From: an uncultured virus (IMG/VR IMGVR_UViG_3300047320_000346)
Lineage: Duplodnaviria; Heunggongvirae; Uroviricota; Caudoviricetes
IMG/VR virus record: IMGVR_UViG_3300047320_000346
Direction: 5' to 3' (one strand)
Length of the DNA stretch: 64,000 bases
Made by a program: the position numbers and the translations under genes. Below are positions 29,087 through 39,937 of this stretch, piece after piece. Each line of letters opens with the position of its first letter. Position 1 is the first letter of the stretch. Below the pieces are notes generated by a model. The model made no database searches, was not told the DNA's origin, and saw nothing but the letters and a program-made list of their open reading frames with translations.

Positions 29087-29383
29087 CTAGGTCGACCGGA
29101 CGTCGGTGCGGCCGCCTTCATACCAGAACTGCTTGAAAGCTTCAGGAGATGCCGCTTCGAAGGCGGCGGCCATGCGCACGAATGCTCGGTACAGGTGTTG
29201 ATGCTGTTTCAGGACGGCGTCAGCGTCGGCCGACGACATCTGGGCGTCGAAGGTACCGTTAGGGTCAGTCAGGTTGACGTTCCCGTCCGGATAGGTGCCG
29301 AACACCATCCACTCCGGGTAAGCTTCATTGATGTATTTTTCTTTCACCACCCTCTCCTGGCATCGCGAAATCGACGAATTCAA
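29087..29383 (-). CDS. Hypothetical protein (start uncertain)
   Basis: Co-oriented with the small-gene run. Confidence 0.55.
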   Translation of the reverse strand: MNSSISRCQERVVKEKYINEAYPEWMVFGTYPDGNVNLTDPNGTFDAQMSSADADAVLKQHQHLYRAFVRMAAAFEAASPEAFKQFWYEGGRTDVRST

Positions 29384-29410
29384 ATAGAAAACGGGGCTAT
29401 TAAGCCCCGT

Positions 29411-29626
29411 TCATTGCTGCAGTTGCGGTGCCGCGGACCGCGCGTCGCGCTCTCGCACGAGTCTGTCGCTGAAACCATTGACGCGGTCCTCTGCCCAGTT
29501 ATCCGGCGCGTCGGCCTGCGTGGCGCCACCCATCGACAGCCACCACTGCGCGTACGTCCAGCCCGTCGAATAGCCCGGAGTGCATACACCCGGGTCCATC
29601 GGCTCGATGTCGGTCTTCATCTGCAT
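29411..29626 (-). CDS. Small hypothetical protein
   Basis: Start overlaps the upstream stop. Confidence 0.5.
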   Translation of the reverse strand: MQMKTDIEPMDPGVCTPGYSTGWTYAQWWLSMGGATQADAPDNWAEDRVNGFSDRLVRERDARSAAPQLQQ

Positions 29627-29844
29627 CACACGTCTGCCCGGTTCTGGCGCCGCACCGAGATGCGCGACATCAGCACCCATCCCAGAGCAGAAACACCTGC
29701 GACGAGTCCCAGCCAGGTCACCGGCCGGTCCAGCGAGCTGTTGCCGGCAAGCACCTGAGTCGCGGCAAAGCCGTAGTACACCGCCAGCGCGCCGCCTACA
29801 CCCAGGGCGGCCGCGCGGATGTCATCGAACCGTCGAACGGTCAT
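29626..29844 (-). CDS. Small membrane protein
   Basis: SD AAGGAG; 2 TM. Confidence 0.6.
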   Translation of the reverse strand: MTVRRFDDIRAAALGVGGALAVYYGFAATQVLAGNSSLDRPVTWLGLVAGVSALGWVLMSRISVRRQNRADV

Positions 29845-30326
29845 GTCTTGCTCTCCTTTTCCTGCCGCAGTAGTTCGTGCTCCGCGACCAGAATTTTGCC
29901 CCATGCCCACTCCGCCCAGGTCTGGACGAGAATCATGAGCACCAACGCCTGCTTCGGCGCATCTACGTTATGCGGTGTGTACATCAGCTCATCCCCGAGC
30001 CATTCCACCTGGTCGGGCCTCGAGATTTTGTCCAGCTCATCCGGATTGGCGCCCAGGCTGCCGCTGAACATCTGGTCCACCCAGAAGTACCGCGGAACAC
30101 CTCCGGTCAGCAGCTCGAATCCGCAACCATTCGCGAGCTCCTCGGGAATCAGTTCCGCGCGTCGAACTCGCGTGCGCGCATCCTCGACCAGGCGAGCATG
30201 CTCCTCTTCCGTAACGGTGACCGTGCTGAGCGTCTTCAGCGCCGAAACCGCGACCGCGAGGAAAAAGCCCGCGGTCTTGTTGCCCGGCTTCAGGGTCATG
30301 TAGTCGATACGGGTGAAGAAGTTCAT
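29841..30326 (-). CDS. Hypothetical protein
   Basis: Extended -10 (TGATATACT) upstream; overlaps the next start. Confidence 0.7.
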   Translation of the reverse strand: MNFFTRIDYMTLKPGNKTAGFFLAVAVSALKTLSTVTVTEEEHARLVEDARTRVRRAELIPEELANGCGFELLTGGVPRYFWVDQMFSGSLGANPDELDKISRPDQVEWLGDELMYTPHNVDAPKQALVLMILVQTWAEWAWGKILVAEHELLRQEKESKT

Positions 30327-30747
30327 GGCTGTCTCTTCGCAAGATGATGCTTTGTTAACTGTTGGGACGCAGTATATCACATAACGAAAAATACGCCAAT
30401 ACGTGCCTAACATTTATTGAGCGCCTTGCCAAGTGAAACCGCAATAAAAAAGCGACTCATTGAGTCGCTTGGAGGGAACGAGGACCGGCTTCAGGGCTGA
30501 CATAACTTGGCAACTGTATCGGCCTTAGCGAGCTGCCGGCGCATCAGCTCATCCATGACACTTGTTGACCGCGAAGTTGCCTCCGCAAAACGCCGGGCCA
30601 CCTCGACCGCACGTTCGCTTGCTCGCTGAAGAGCGCGGTCGCCAGGTGTACTGCGGTGCTCTGCGCACAGCTGCGGGATGTTTGTCATGCGTGCGTGGAC
30701 TGGGATGTTGAACATGAAAAATCCTAGGGTGCTTGCGTGCTCTGATG

Positions 30748-31242
30748 TCACGCCGGCTGGAACACAGCTGGGAACCCCAGAACCGGCAGTTCAAAGCCTG
30801 GCTCGTTCCATGCGCGGATGGCGGCAGCCAGGGCGTTGACGAAGGTCGACTCATGCTCAAGGGGAACCACCCACTGCACCGCGGTCCAGCTGTCTGAGAC
30901 CACCGGGTCCGGGCGAAGCCAGTGCAGCACGAGCGGGTCGATGCGAAAAACCTTGCCGGCGGCGACGATGATGCCATCCGGTATAGCCGGCGTTCCGAAT
31001 TCGTACATGCTGCCGTCCGCCGTCATCGTGTAAAACACGTGGCCCTTCCAGTGAGGGTCCACATGTGGCCACGCCTCCTTCGTCAGCACAAGGTCCGGCA
31101 CAATGCCCATCACGGTCAGCTCCGCCGGGCCCTGAATCACATCAGTCTGATTCGAGAAGAACGTCTCGGCGTGCTCGCGCAGCGCCTGTGTGAGCCTGAA
31201 CGGCCGCTCGAACGTGACATTGAGGTCCGGGATGGAAACCAT
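30748..31242 (-). CDS. Hypothetical protein, possible 2OG-Fe(II)/cupin-like fold
   Basis: PHVD...hydrophobic strands...LHW gives an HxD...H arrangement. Confidence 0.5.
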   Translation of the reverse strand: MVSIPDLNVTFERPFRLTQALREHAETFFSNQTDVIQGPAELTVMGIVPDLVLTKEAWPHVDPHWKGHVFYTMTADGSMYEFGTPAIPDGIIVAAGKVFRIDPLVLHWLRPDPVVSDSWTAVQWVVPLEHESTFVNALAAAIRAWNEPGFELPVLGFPAVFQPA

Positions 31243-31256
31243 GTTCGTCCACGCGG

Positions 31257-31634
31257 TTACAGCCGGCCCTGCAGCGCGACTTCGAGACCGAAGAACCGTA
31301 GGCCTTCCTGCTGCCCGCCTTCGCCGAAGAAGTTCCAGCTGAAGCAAAGCCACCCGGCCAGGTCATTGCAGTCCGAAAGCGGCGCGAAGGCGAGCGAAGT
31401 CCGCCCGCGGCCGGCGACCACGAGGCTGACCAGTGTCGCGAAATAGATGGCGAAGCCGAAGAGCATCGCTGCGCCGCTGAAGGCGGCCACGCCCAGGATA
31501 AGCGTCGACGCCGTATCGGCCTGCTCGGCAATCGAGGGCAAGAAGGTCGCACCACTGAATGCGAGCCCCGTCATGCCCAATACGAGGGCGAGACCTGCTG
31601 AGAGCTGGCGGGCATAAGGCAGAAGTTTTTTCAT
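31257..31634 (-). CDS. Hypothetical membrane protein
   Basis: SD GGAGG; hydrophobic. Confidence 0.6.
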   Translation of the reverse strand: MKKLLPYARQLSAGLALVLGMTGLAFSGATFLPSIAEQADTASTLILGVAAFSGAAMLFGFAIYFATLVSLVVAGRGRTSLAFAPLSDCNDLAGWLCFSWNFFGEGGQQEGLRFFGLEVALQGRL

Positions 31635-31651
31635 GACAACCTCCGTGAACT

Positions 31652-32068
31652 TCAGGTTTCTGAGGATACGGCGCCGCCCGCAAGCAGCGGAAGCGTAGCC
31701 CTGATGAACGCGGTCGCCATTGCGGTGCTGGGCACTACACTCGCCGCTTCAACAAAATCTAAAAAGGCCGTGCGCACGCGCGCTTCCGCACCTGGAGGCA
31801 TCTTCTTCGAAGCTTCAGTCGACACCCGCTCGCGCCAGCCCGGAATGAAGCTGTCGAGCTCACTAACATCGAAGCCTCCGCGGCAGTTGCCTTGAATCAA
31901 TCTCGGTTGGGGACTGTAGCGCTTGCAATACTCCGCGTACGCCTCGAGGTGCAGCGACCACGGAATCCCCGCGTCGTAACCCTGCACCGGCGCGAGCCGC
32001 GCGGGCTGCGCGAGCGCTCGCCACGCGTCGTTGAAGACTGGGAGAACGACTTTCGCGTCGAGTTGCAT
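31652..32068 (-). CDS. Phage-like hypothetical protein
   Basis: IPWSLHLEAY..Y...RGGF...EL; coupled to the upstream gene. Confidence 0.6.
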   Translation of the reverse strand: MQLDAKVVLPVFNDAWRALAQPARLAPVQGYDAGIPWSLHLEAYAEYCKRYSPQPRLIQGNCRGGFDVSELDSFIPGWRERVSTEASKKMPPGAEARVRTAFLDFVEAASVVPSTAMATAFIRATLPLLAGGAVSSET

Positions 32069-32514
32069 TACGCGGCCGCCGGTGTGACGGTCAACACGTA
32101 CCACGAATCGCCGGCCATGCCGTCGTGCTCGTACGACCATTGGGGCTCGAGACCCGCGGACGTGCAACGCGCGGCAAATCCCGCCCAGACGTCGTACAGC
32201 GGATTGTCCGACCTCCAGACACCACTACCATGGCGCCATGCGCCAGGCACGCCGCGCGGAATCTTCCAGCTGGAGACGTTGAGCAGCGCGGCCACATCGC
32301 GAAAGCTTTTCCCGCCGAGTTCGACCTTACCAACCGGCTGGTCGTTCACAAGGCGAAACGCAAAGAGCTGATACGCGTAGTCGAAGAAATGCTGCGCCCG
32401 CAACGTGACCTCGAACGTCTTTTCATCTTGCGCTGCTTGGCGGGCCCGTGCTGCTCGCCGCGCCGCCTCTTCTTCTGCAGCCGTCGCGGCCTTCAGTCGT
32501 TCACCCAAATTCAT
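32068..32514 (-). CDS. Hypothetical protein
   Basis: Part of a co-oriented run. Confidence 0.65.
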   Translation of the reverse strand: MNLGERLKAATAAEEEAARRAARARQAAQDEKTFEVTLRAQHFFDYAYQLFAFRLVNDQPVGKVELGGKSFRDVAALLNVSSWKIPRGVPGAWRHGSGVWRSDNPLYDVWAGFAARCTSAGLEPQWSYEHDGMAGDSWYVLTVTPAAA

Positions 32515-32546
32515 ATTCTTGGTCCCGATTATCAGTTTGTGAGCGC

Positions 32547-32756
32547 TTAAGCCAGGTCCTGAGCCGCCTTGACGAGACCGTGCACGCCATTCAAGGCCTT
32601 GTGCGCTTTCTCGATGCTCTCGAACGTCACGAAGCGTTGCTCCGCCTTCAACGGGCGATGCTTGTGGTGCGGGCTGCCCATATCGGCATAGCCCTGTGCG
32701 TCGACAACTTCACCCACGGTGTTGACGACCTTGACTTCGACGATGACGGTGTACAT
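32547..32756 (-). CDS. Small hypothetical protein
   Basis: SD AAGGGA. Confidence 0.55.
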   Translation of the reverse strand: MYTVIVEVKVVNTVGEVVDAQGYADMGSPHHKHRPLKAEQRFVTFESIEKAHKALNGVHGLVKAAQDLA

Positions 32757-32877
32757 GGATTGTGTCCCTTATGGTTCGCCCGGACTCTGGTGCTGAAGCG
32801 CATGCGCCCGGAACTGGAACCTGAGTTTATTGCGTCCGTTTCTTCGTGAGCGTAGCCCAGCTTCATCGAATATCTCC

Positions 32878-33111
32878 CTAGCCCAGCACCAGAACTTGAA
32901 CACCACGCTGCGACACGACCTTCGCGACGGTCCAGCCTTTTGCGAAATCAGTCTTTGCAACCGACACCAGCCGCGGTTGCACTTCGAAGTTCACGAAGCC
33001 CGCGCGCGCGTTGTTGTCGGTACCCGGCAGCGCCAGGAAGGTGTCGCCTGCGACGCCGGCGTCTTTCTGCTTCTGCAGCTCGGCAATCATTTCGTCGATA
33101 GTGACTCGCAT
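32878..33111 (-). CDS. Small hypothetical protein
   Basis: Abuts the upstream gene. Confidence 0.6.
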   Translation of the reverse strand: MRVTIDEMIAELQKQKDAGVAGDTFLALPGTDNNARAGFVNFEVQPRLVSVAKTDFAKGWTVAKVVSQRGVQVLVLG

Positions 33112-33114
33112 GAC

Positions 33115-33483
33115 TTATTTCCCTTGAACGAATTCGACGCAGCGCGCGATGCCGTTAAAGTGAGCCTGAAGCATCACGTATGCAGACATGAGTCCGACGT
33201 TGCACTCCTCGACACCATACTGCGTCGCGATACGCGCGATGTCGGCGCCTGACTTGCCGGTCGACGCCGTCATCGCATACACGACGCTGACGCCCCGCTC
33301 GATGACAACCCCCATCATCTCGCCCGCCTTGAACGGCTCATTTTCCTGGTCCATTGCGTCGGCCACCGCGGCCAGCACAGCACCCGTTTCCGAGCGGCCC
33401 TGCGTGTGCTCGGGTTTCACGGTGACGGTCTGGACCTGGCTCAGCCAGTCCGGATGTGCAGTGGTCATTCCTGCGTGCGACAT
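33115..33483 (-). CDS. Hypothetical protein
   Basis: SD CAGGA; extended -10 at 33516-33524. Confidence 0.65.
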   Translation of the reverse strand: MSHAGMTTAHPDWLSQVQTVTVKPEHTQGRSETGAVLAAVADAMDQENEPFKAGEMMGVVIERGVSVVYAMTASTGKSGADIARIATQYGVEECNVGLMSAYVMLQAHFNGIARCVEFVQGK

Positions 33484-33745
33484 GTTCGTGTCCTGCTGTA
33501 ATTTACGATGATGCAAGTATATCATAAAACACCAACATTACGGAGCCTTTTTCGCAAAATACGACAAAGTGCAAACGGACTTCAGCGGGTAACCTCGCCG
33601 TCACTACTAGCTCCAGCCGCGCATTTCTTTTTATTCCACGCTAGTTCGCGCTAAATCAAAATCGGGCTAACCTGCGTGGAAATTTGCCAATTCTGGCATT
33701 TGTGACTATAGTGACACCTCGCTTATTGACTCGCCTGGAGGTCCT

Positions 33746-33898
33746 ATGGAGCATTGGGTAGTGGATGACGTGCAGGACGCCGGCAAATGGCTGCTGTACG
33801 ATGAGAACGGCACTGACGAAAACGTCTGCATCCGTGTGAGCGGCTCGAAGGAGCTGGCGCAGCGTGTGGCTGACGGGCTCAACATTGATAAGGCGTAA
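33746..33898 (+). CDS. 50-aa hypothetical protein (below the ORF-track cutoff)
   Basis: GGAGG SD; TTGCCA-17-TATAGT upstream; MEHWVVDDVQDAGKWLLY... Confidence 0.6.
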   Translation: MEHWVVDDVQDAGKWLLYDENGTDENVCIRVSGSKELAQRVADGLNIDKA

Positions 33899-33904
33899 CC
33901 CGCG

Positions 33905-34162
33905 ATGCCAAAAACCCTCTCCAGAATGATTTCGCGCACGTTCAAGGCACCACCTGCGCGCCGGCCGGACACACATCGCAAGGCCAGGGAGACCGCCAAG
34001 GCGCTGGCGAAAGAGCACAACATCGAAATCGAACCCATAACCAGTGGCTTCAACGTATGGCCGCCACGCGGTTTCGCAGGCGAAGACCCTTACGATGGCG
34101 ACCACTTTGCGCAGGACTGGCCGGAGGTACTTGACCGAGTCCGCGCCTATGCAGGCGCCTGA
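33905..34162 (+). CDS. Hypothetical protein
   Basis: Follows the 50-aa ORF. Confidence 0.6.
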   Translation: MPKTLSRMISRTFKAPPARRPDTHRKARETAKALAKEHNIEIEPITSGFNVWPPRGFAGEDPYDGDHFAQDWPEVLDRVRAYAGA

Positions 34163-34282
34163 GCCCACCCCCGGATGGACGTTCGATAGTTAACACCCGG
34201 TCGCTGTGGTCATTACGCCGGTTTTGTGGTAAACTGCACGCATTCAGATTGTTAACTATCACTGCACTGCAAGGACATATTC

Positions 34283-34867
<585 letters not shown>

Positions 34868-34911
34868 GCCGTTGGCCGGCGTCGTCCCGCCGGCTCGACC
34901 ATCCCTGCGCA

Positions 34912-36396
34912 TTAGACTGTTGGCTTGCGGCCCCGCTTTCTCTGGGTCGCGTCAATCAACGAGAAGGCTCCCAGTGGGGCCTTCAGCGCTTCTTCGAAGG
35001 CCGAGGACACCATATTGCGCATCGAACGCAGGTGCTCATATTCCTGGTCGCTCAAGCTCGAACAGCTCTGTTCGCCCCAGTTTCCATAGAGTAATCCGAT
35101 AGCACGGTCGTTCAGTTGAAGTGGCACAAGCAAGACTGAGCGCACATTGGGGAACACTTTTTTGTGCCACTCTGGAATGCGGGACTCATTTTTTGAGTTA
35201 TGGGTGTCGTCCATGAAAATCGAGCGGCCTTGAGCCAACGCAAGATGGAAGATGTCCGGCACAAAGGCTTCTTCAAAAGCCATTTTTGGAAGACTGTCCT
35301 TGGCCACTCCGAACCCGAGTCGAGCCTCGAAGTTTTGCTTCGCCGGTATTCGGAAGAAGGCTACACACGTGGCCAGTCCCAGGCCTTGCATCATGGATTC
35401 CAGGACCATCTGGGTCAGCGCTGATACTTCTGTGCCTTGCGCGCTCGACGCCAATTCTTCTACGGCCGTGCTCAGCCGCATTTCTGCGTCCAGTGGCTTG
35501 CCTCCCGACAGGCTTGGCAATTCGAGTTCTTCCTGCGAACGTGGCTCCTTTTCCCGAGTCTCGGCTGCAAACATCTCGCGAGCCAGTTGCTCGAGCTCTA
35601 TCGGGTCCTGCCCCAGCGAGGGCGCATAGGTCTGCAGCAACGCCTGCACGCGTGCCTCATCACCGCCGCGCGTTAGCTCCTGAGAAAGCTCAGTAGACAG
35701 TCCCGCTAGACAGGCCAGATATTCTGCATGATTGTTGACGAGCTGCCCCGGCGCCTTTGGCCGGGCCGCTGACTTAGGGATGACTCGATGCGGTAACGAC
35801 CATTCCTTTAGGGTCTCTTCGCTCAGCTCGTCCGGGGTGACCCCCAATACCTGAAGAAAAGCATCCTCTTCGCCGAGCCCCAGCTCCAGCAGCTCACGAA
35901 TACGCTCCCACTCATGTGGGAAATAGAAGACGACCAGCAGTCGGGCCAGTTGATACATGAGGGTGGCGACGGCCGCTTCCTCTCCGAAAGCCTCACCGCT
36001 CTTGGTCGCGAACTCTCTGGCGAGTTTGCCGGCAAACGAGGCCTTCGTCAGTTCTGCGGTCGCTTCCACACGCGACTCTGCCAGGCCTTCGAAGGTATCA
36101 ATCAGCTGAATATTTATGGCCGTGTAGGCAACGGTGGCCGAACCAAGAATAAGGAGCGCGCGAGACACGGTGGTCACGTCCCGCGCGTAGGCGTGGTACG
36201 TCGCCGAGTTGGCGAGCTTCAGAACTTTCTGGGTAAGCGTGAAATCTCCCAGCACGGTGGCCGCGAGCTCGGCGTTGCTCGCCTTTTCGTCATTCATCGC
36301 TTCTGCGATGGCGCTGAGCGCCTTCTTGAGCGCTGGAAACTCTCCGCGTTCCCGGGTACGTTCCCGCAGGAGGTCAAACAGCTTTGCTTTCTTCAT
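34912..36396 (-). CDS. HDOD domain protein with C-terminal GAF-like domain
   Basis: D..LTQKVLKLANS..Y...VTTVSRAL..LG; W.LP; SVLLVPL....AIGLLYG. Confidence 0.85.
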   Translation of the reverse strand: MKKAKLFDLLRERTRERGEFPALKKALSAIAEAMNDEKASNAELAATVLGDFTLTQKVLKLANSATYHAYARDVTTVSRALLILGSATVAYTAINIQLIDTFEGLAESRVEATAELTKASFAGKLAREFATKSGEAFGEEAAVATLMYQLARLLVVFYFPHEWERIRELLELGLGEEDAFLQVLGVTPDELSEETLKEWSLPHRVIPKSAARPKAPGQLVNNHAEYLACLAGLSTELSQELTRGGDEARVQALLQTYAPSLGQDPIELEQLAREMFAAETREKEPRSQEELELPSLSGGKPLDAEMRLSTAVEELASSAQGTEVSALTQMVLESMMQGLGLATCVAFFRIPAKQNFEARLGFGVAKDSLPKMAFEEAFVPDIFHLALAQGRSIFMDDTHNSKNESRIPEWHKKVFPNVRSVLLVPLQLNDRAIGLLYGNWGEQSCSSLSDQEYEHLRSMRNMVSSAFEEALKAPLGAFSLIDATQRKRGRKPTV

Positions 36397-36409
36397 GTTG
36401 TCTTGATGA

Positions 36410-36920
36410 TATTCGAGTGTGCCGCAGCCGCCGACCGGCGTCTGCTCCGGACGCATCAGCCCGCTGCCCGCTCCCCCGGTCCGCCAGGATTCTGTGACCG
36501 AACGTCAACTCCGTCGTGGCCGCCGAGATTTCGTTCATCATATCCGTCGCGCGTTTAATGCTCAGGACAATCTCGGACATTACCTCACCAGTCTGGGCTA
36601 CAAGAGCCGCTCCGGTGTCCACTTTATCTACGGAGGCGGCGATAAGCGCCTTGATTTGCTTGGCCGCCTCTGAGCTGCGAGAGGCTAACGCCCGAACCTC
36701 GGATGCTACCACGGCAAAGAGCCTTTTCCCCTGTGCACGCGCCGCTTCAAGCACGACCACCTGGTCGACGACGTCATGTCCCCGGCGCGCCGCCTGCGCC
36801 GCCGAGTGGACCAGCGTGCCCGCCTGCCGGGCGGAATCGGCCGAGTGCGAGACGACGGTTTGGCGAAGTTCCCCGATTCGGGCAAAACTTCCTTGCTACG
36901 GAGATGTCCTGCAACTTCAT
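36410..36920 (-). pseudogene. Collapsed methyl-accepting chemotaxis protein relic
   Basis: MKLQDISVARK start with SD, SADSARQA..L...A...A.RG..VV.QVV, EAARA....FAVVASEVRALA.RS.EAAK.IK.LI; frameshifts and large deletions. Confidence 0.8.
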
Positions 36921-37331
36921 TGCTTCCTCAACAGGTGTCCCTGCCATGGAAAACTGGTTGGGTGGCCCAGGCATGGCCAAAAATAACGGCAAATGTTTGA
37001 AAAACTTTAGACAAGCGTGGCAATTATTGACGTCCGCCCGGCCTGAAGGCCAAGGTTTTCCGCGCGAAATGATAAGTTCATTAGACGAAAAAAACCGCAG
37101 GCGAAGCTGCGGCTCATGAGAAAAAACTATGCCGGTCTAGCGGCGATAACGGGTCCGGACGCGGAGCGTGCCGGTTTCCTTGTCGACCTCGAAATCGACC
37201 ACATCGCAGGGAACATCGTCCCCACCGTTGTACTCGAGCGTTGTCAGCTCGATTTCGCTACCTTCCTCTGCCTCGCGTTTCTGAAGCAGTTCGATTGCCT
37301 GGCGGATGTTCATGGCTCGATGACCTCCCGG

Positions 37332-37733
37332 TTAAGCCGCGAGGCCGGTTGCCAGCTCGTCCAGAATCTGGGCGTGATAGCGCCGGGCCACCTGGCGGTC
37401 ATTCCATTCAAGAAACGGCAGCTCGACACCGCGGGTTTTGAGCAGCGTACAAAACGCGAAGTCGCACGCTTCCGGGTAGAGATGCCCGTTGGGTACGCAT
37501 TCACCAGGCTGCAGTCCGTCGCGTTCGTGTTTGTGCGAAAGAAGCACGGCCGGCACCGTATTTTGGTATACCACCTTGTGAATTCCATCGGCCGCGAGGT
37601 AGATGTGAAACGTGCCTTTGTTGGTGAAGCCGTGTGCGAGCGTGCGCGGCGTCTGGTCTGCCAGGTCACACGCGCGGACCGTCACCGGTTGATGACGCAC
37701 CTGCGCCAGGATTTCGAAATCGACTTTCAGCAT
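37332..37733 (-). CDS. Hypothetical protein
   Basis: SD GAGG; CTATAC at 37771. Confidence 0.7.
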   Translation of the reverse strand: MLKVDFEILAQVRHQPVTVRACDLADQTPRTLAHGFTNKGTFHIYLAADGIHKVVYQNTVPAVLLSHKHERDGLQPGECVPNGHLYPEACDFAFCTLLKTRGVELPFLEWNDRQVARRYHAQILDELATGLAA

Positions 37734-37778
37734 GATATGCCCTCAGGTTAACAGCAAAACGCTGCTATCCGTATAGGC

Positions 37779-38213
37779 TCAGCGCTGAAGTGCTGTGTGG
37801 AGGTCTCGAACTTCCTGGATACAGCGCCCTGCCCTCACTTCATCGTTGTGCTCATCGCAAGGGTGCACCTCGACCGAATCCAGGTGATGTCGCACCAGCG
37901 AGTTCGCTGCGCTCGCGGTCGCAGCCGCTTTGGAAGGTTCCGGAAACGTCCCGCCTGGGCCATAGGCCGCAGCCAGGTCACGCACCTTGCCCTCGAAGCG
38001 TTGCAACATGTCCATGGTCTGCGCAAGCGACGCCAGGCTCAGGCCGCGCGAAGTGTTGACCGTGACGTCTGGGGACCGGTCCGTGTAAATGATGGCGTTG
38101 GCGTGGCAGAGCGTGGCGCGCCGACCGCTTTCCGCCGCTACCGCGCCATTCACGAGCGCAATGATGTTGCCCGATGGTTTTTCAAATACGTTGACTTCGA
38201 TGTCGTTCTTCAT
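37779..38213 (-). CDS. Hypothetical protein
   Basis: SD GGAGG; ATGA coupling. Confidence 0.65.
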   Translation of the reverse strand: MKNDIEVNVFEKPSGNIIALVNGAVAAESGRRATLCHANAIIYTDRSPDVTVNTSRGLSLASLAQTMDMLQRFEGKVRDLAAAYGPGGTFPEPSKAAATASAANSLVRHHLDSVEVHPCDEHNDEVRAGRCIQEVRDLHTALQR

Positions 38214-38422
38214 GCGGTGGCGACCTCCGTCGTATCAGGGCGGAATACCTCGGCGCGGCTCAAGCGCGGTGTCGCGACATCGCGCCAGCGTACGAACTGT
38301 TCTCCGCCTGCGCTCGGGTAGTGCCGCCGGTCTTCGAACAGCATCGTGTGGGCATACGGGTCGAACACCACGTTTTCGAAAACGCTTGGCTCCGTGCCCT
38401 GTTCGGTGTTGCGCTCACTCAT
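38210..38422 (-). CDS. Small hypothetical protein
   Basis: Coupled at both ends. Confidence 0.55.
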   Translation of the reverse strand: MSERNTEQGTEPSVFENVVFDPYAHTMLFEDRRHYPSAGGEQFVRWRDVATPRLSRAEVFRPDTTEVATA

Positions 38423-38886
38423 TCGCTTTCACCGTCAGGCTCACCGACTATCGTGCCGCGCGCGGCGGTCACGGGCGGCGCATCTTGCGCGAACGTGGAC
38501 TCCACACGCTCCGGGCCATCCTCGCTGCGCGTGATGGGCAGGTCCTGGATGACTCCGCGCCAGCGCGACAGGAACGTCTTCGCCGCGTCAGGCGTGATTT
38601 TCATGCTGTCGGGCAGGTTCGCGGCCGACACCGGACGGCTCGCGTCGAACTGCGACTGTTTCGCTTGCTCGACAGGCGCGTCGGCGGCATCGCGCACGAG
38701 CGTCATCGAGCGATACCAGTCCGTCGCCGCGCGAGACCACACGCGACCATTCAGGCCCATGTAGACGACGGTCTGCGGATAGCGGTCGGGCTGCTCGGTG
38801 AATTCGTTGGCAATGCACAGCACGACGTAAATCGCGCCGTTGCTGTGTTGCCATTCAGAGTTGCTCCGCGGAAGGTTGTTGTCCAT
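38419..38886 (-). CDS. DUF1653-like domain protein
   Basis: WQH.NG..Y.VL.IA....VVY....G.VWSR. Confidence 0.6.
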   Translation of the reverse strand: MDNNLPRSNSEWQHSNGAIYVVLCIANEFTEQPDRYPQTVVYMGLNGRVWSRAATDWYRSMTLVRDAADAPVEQAKQSQFDASRPVSAANLPDSMKITPDAAKTFLSRWRGVIQDLPITRSEDGPERVESTFAQDAPPVTAARGTIVGEPDGESE

Positions 38887-38960
38887 GTGAAAGCCCCTGA
38901 AAAGTGACTTGCATTATACCAGTATATTCGCTTTTTGCAAGTAACCTCAAAAACCTTCAA

Positions 38961-39632
38961 TCACTGGCAGAGGCTGCGCAACCGGTACAACTTTTCGTAG
39001 TCGAACTCGTGAAACGACTCGGACACGCCTGTCGCGACCAGGATGTGGCTGAGGTGTGGCGCGTACGCGTGCACGTTCTCCGGCGTGACGCCGCTCGCGA
39101 TGGCAAGCGGCGCATCGCCAATCGCCGCGCGCAGGCGCGCAATCTTGTCGACCTCCGCGGCTACCCCTGTTGCCGAGCCGCTCGTGGTGGCGATGAAGCC
39201 AAACTTGTCCGCCATGCGCGCCGCCAGCTCCGGATTCGGTTCCGGGCGCTGATGCTTGAACGCGACGCCGGCGAAGACCTGGTGATGTTTTCGATTCTGT
39301 GAGAGTGCCGTCTGAATCATTTCGGCGTATGTCCACGGGTCGGCCGAGCTGTGTGTCAGCTGCATGTCCGTCCACGTCATGTCGAGACCGTTGGCGATGT
39401 TAGCGAGCGCCGCCTTCGCAGTGTCCATGCCCAGATAGTTGATACCGACGAGGAGATTGTCAGTCCAGCGCGATTTGATACGGCACGCGATTGGAGCCAG
39501 CAGCTCGTTGTCACCCTCCATGTGAATCAGGAAAACGCCGTCGCAACCCGCATCGTATGCGCGCTCGGCGTTGCGCATGGCCTGCGCGTCGTCCTTGTAG
39601 TGAATCACCGGAATCACTTTGCAAAACATCAT
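38961..39632 (-). CDS. BtpA/SgcQ-family TIM-barrel protein
   Basis: VIPVIH, GCDGVFL, GINYL, GVAFKHQ, TSGSATG, LAIASGVTPENV, ILVATG. Confidence 0.8.
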   Translation of the reverse strand: MMFCKVIPVIHYKDDAQAMRNAERAYDAGCDGVFLIHMEGDNELLAPIACRIKSRWTDNLLVGINYLGMDTAKAALANIANGLDMTWTDMQLTHSSADPWTYAEMIQTALSQNRKHHQVFAGVAFKHQRPEPNPELAARMADKFGFIATTSGSATGVAAEVDKIARLRAAIGDAPLAIASGVTPENVHAYAPHLSHILVATGVSESFHEFDYEKLYRLRSLCQ

Positions 39633-39919
39633 GACACTGCTCCGTTCTCTTGAACATACGGATTGGCACGTGGGTTATCTGGGTGAAAAGCCCAGAAATA
39701 TGCGGCAAGCACATTGAATCCACCGCCCACGATAGACATCTCGGCAAGGCCAAACGCTCCCGGTCGGAAGTCCGCGAACAGCGGAATCAGCGTGCCCGCT
39801 GTCATCCGTGCCCACGCTGCATCAAACGATAGCGCAAGGGCATGCGGCATCGCTCGAAGGCCGTAGCAACACATCCCAGCCCACGCCGCCAACAACATAA
39901 AAAACGCAATTCGCTTCAT
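39629..39919 (-). CDS. Small membrane protein
   Basis: Hydrophobic; coupled to the BtpA-family gene. Confidence 0.55.
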   Translation of the reverse strand: MKRIAFFMLLAAWAGMCCYGLRAMPHALALSFDAAWARMTAGTLIPLFADFRPGAFGLAEMSIVGGGFNVLAAYFWAFHPDNPRANPYVQENGAVS

Positions 39920-39937
39920 CTCATTTCCTTTTACTGG

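Noticed and set aside
37116..37751. 211-aa plus-strand ORF
   Set aside because: The opposite-strand ORF 37332-37733 has the SD and upstream motif and continues a co-oriented run.
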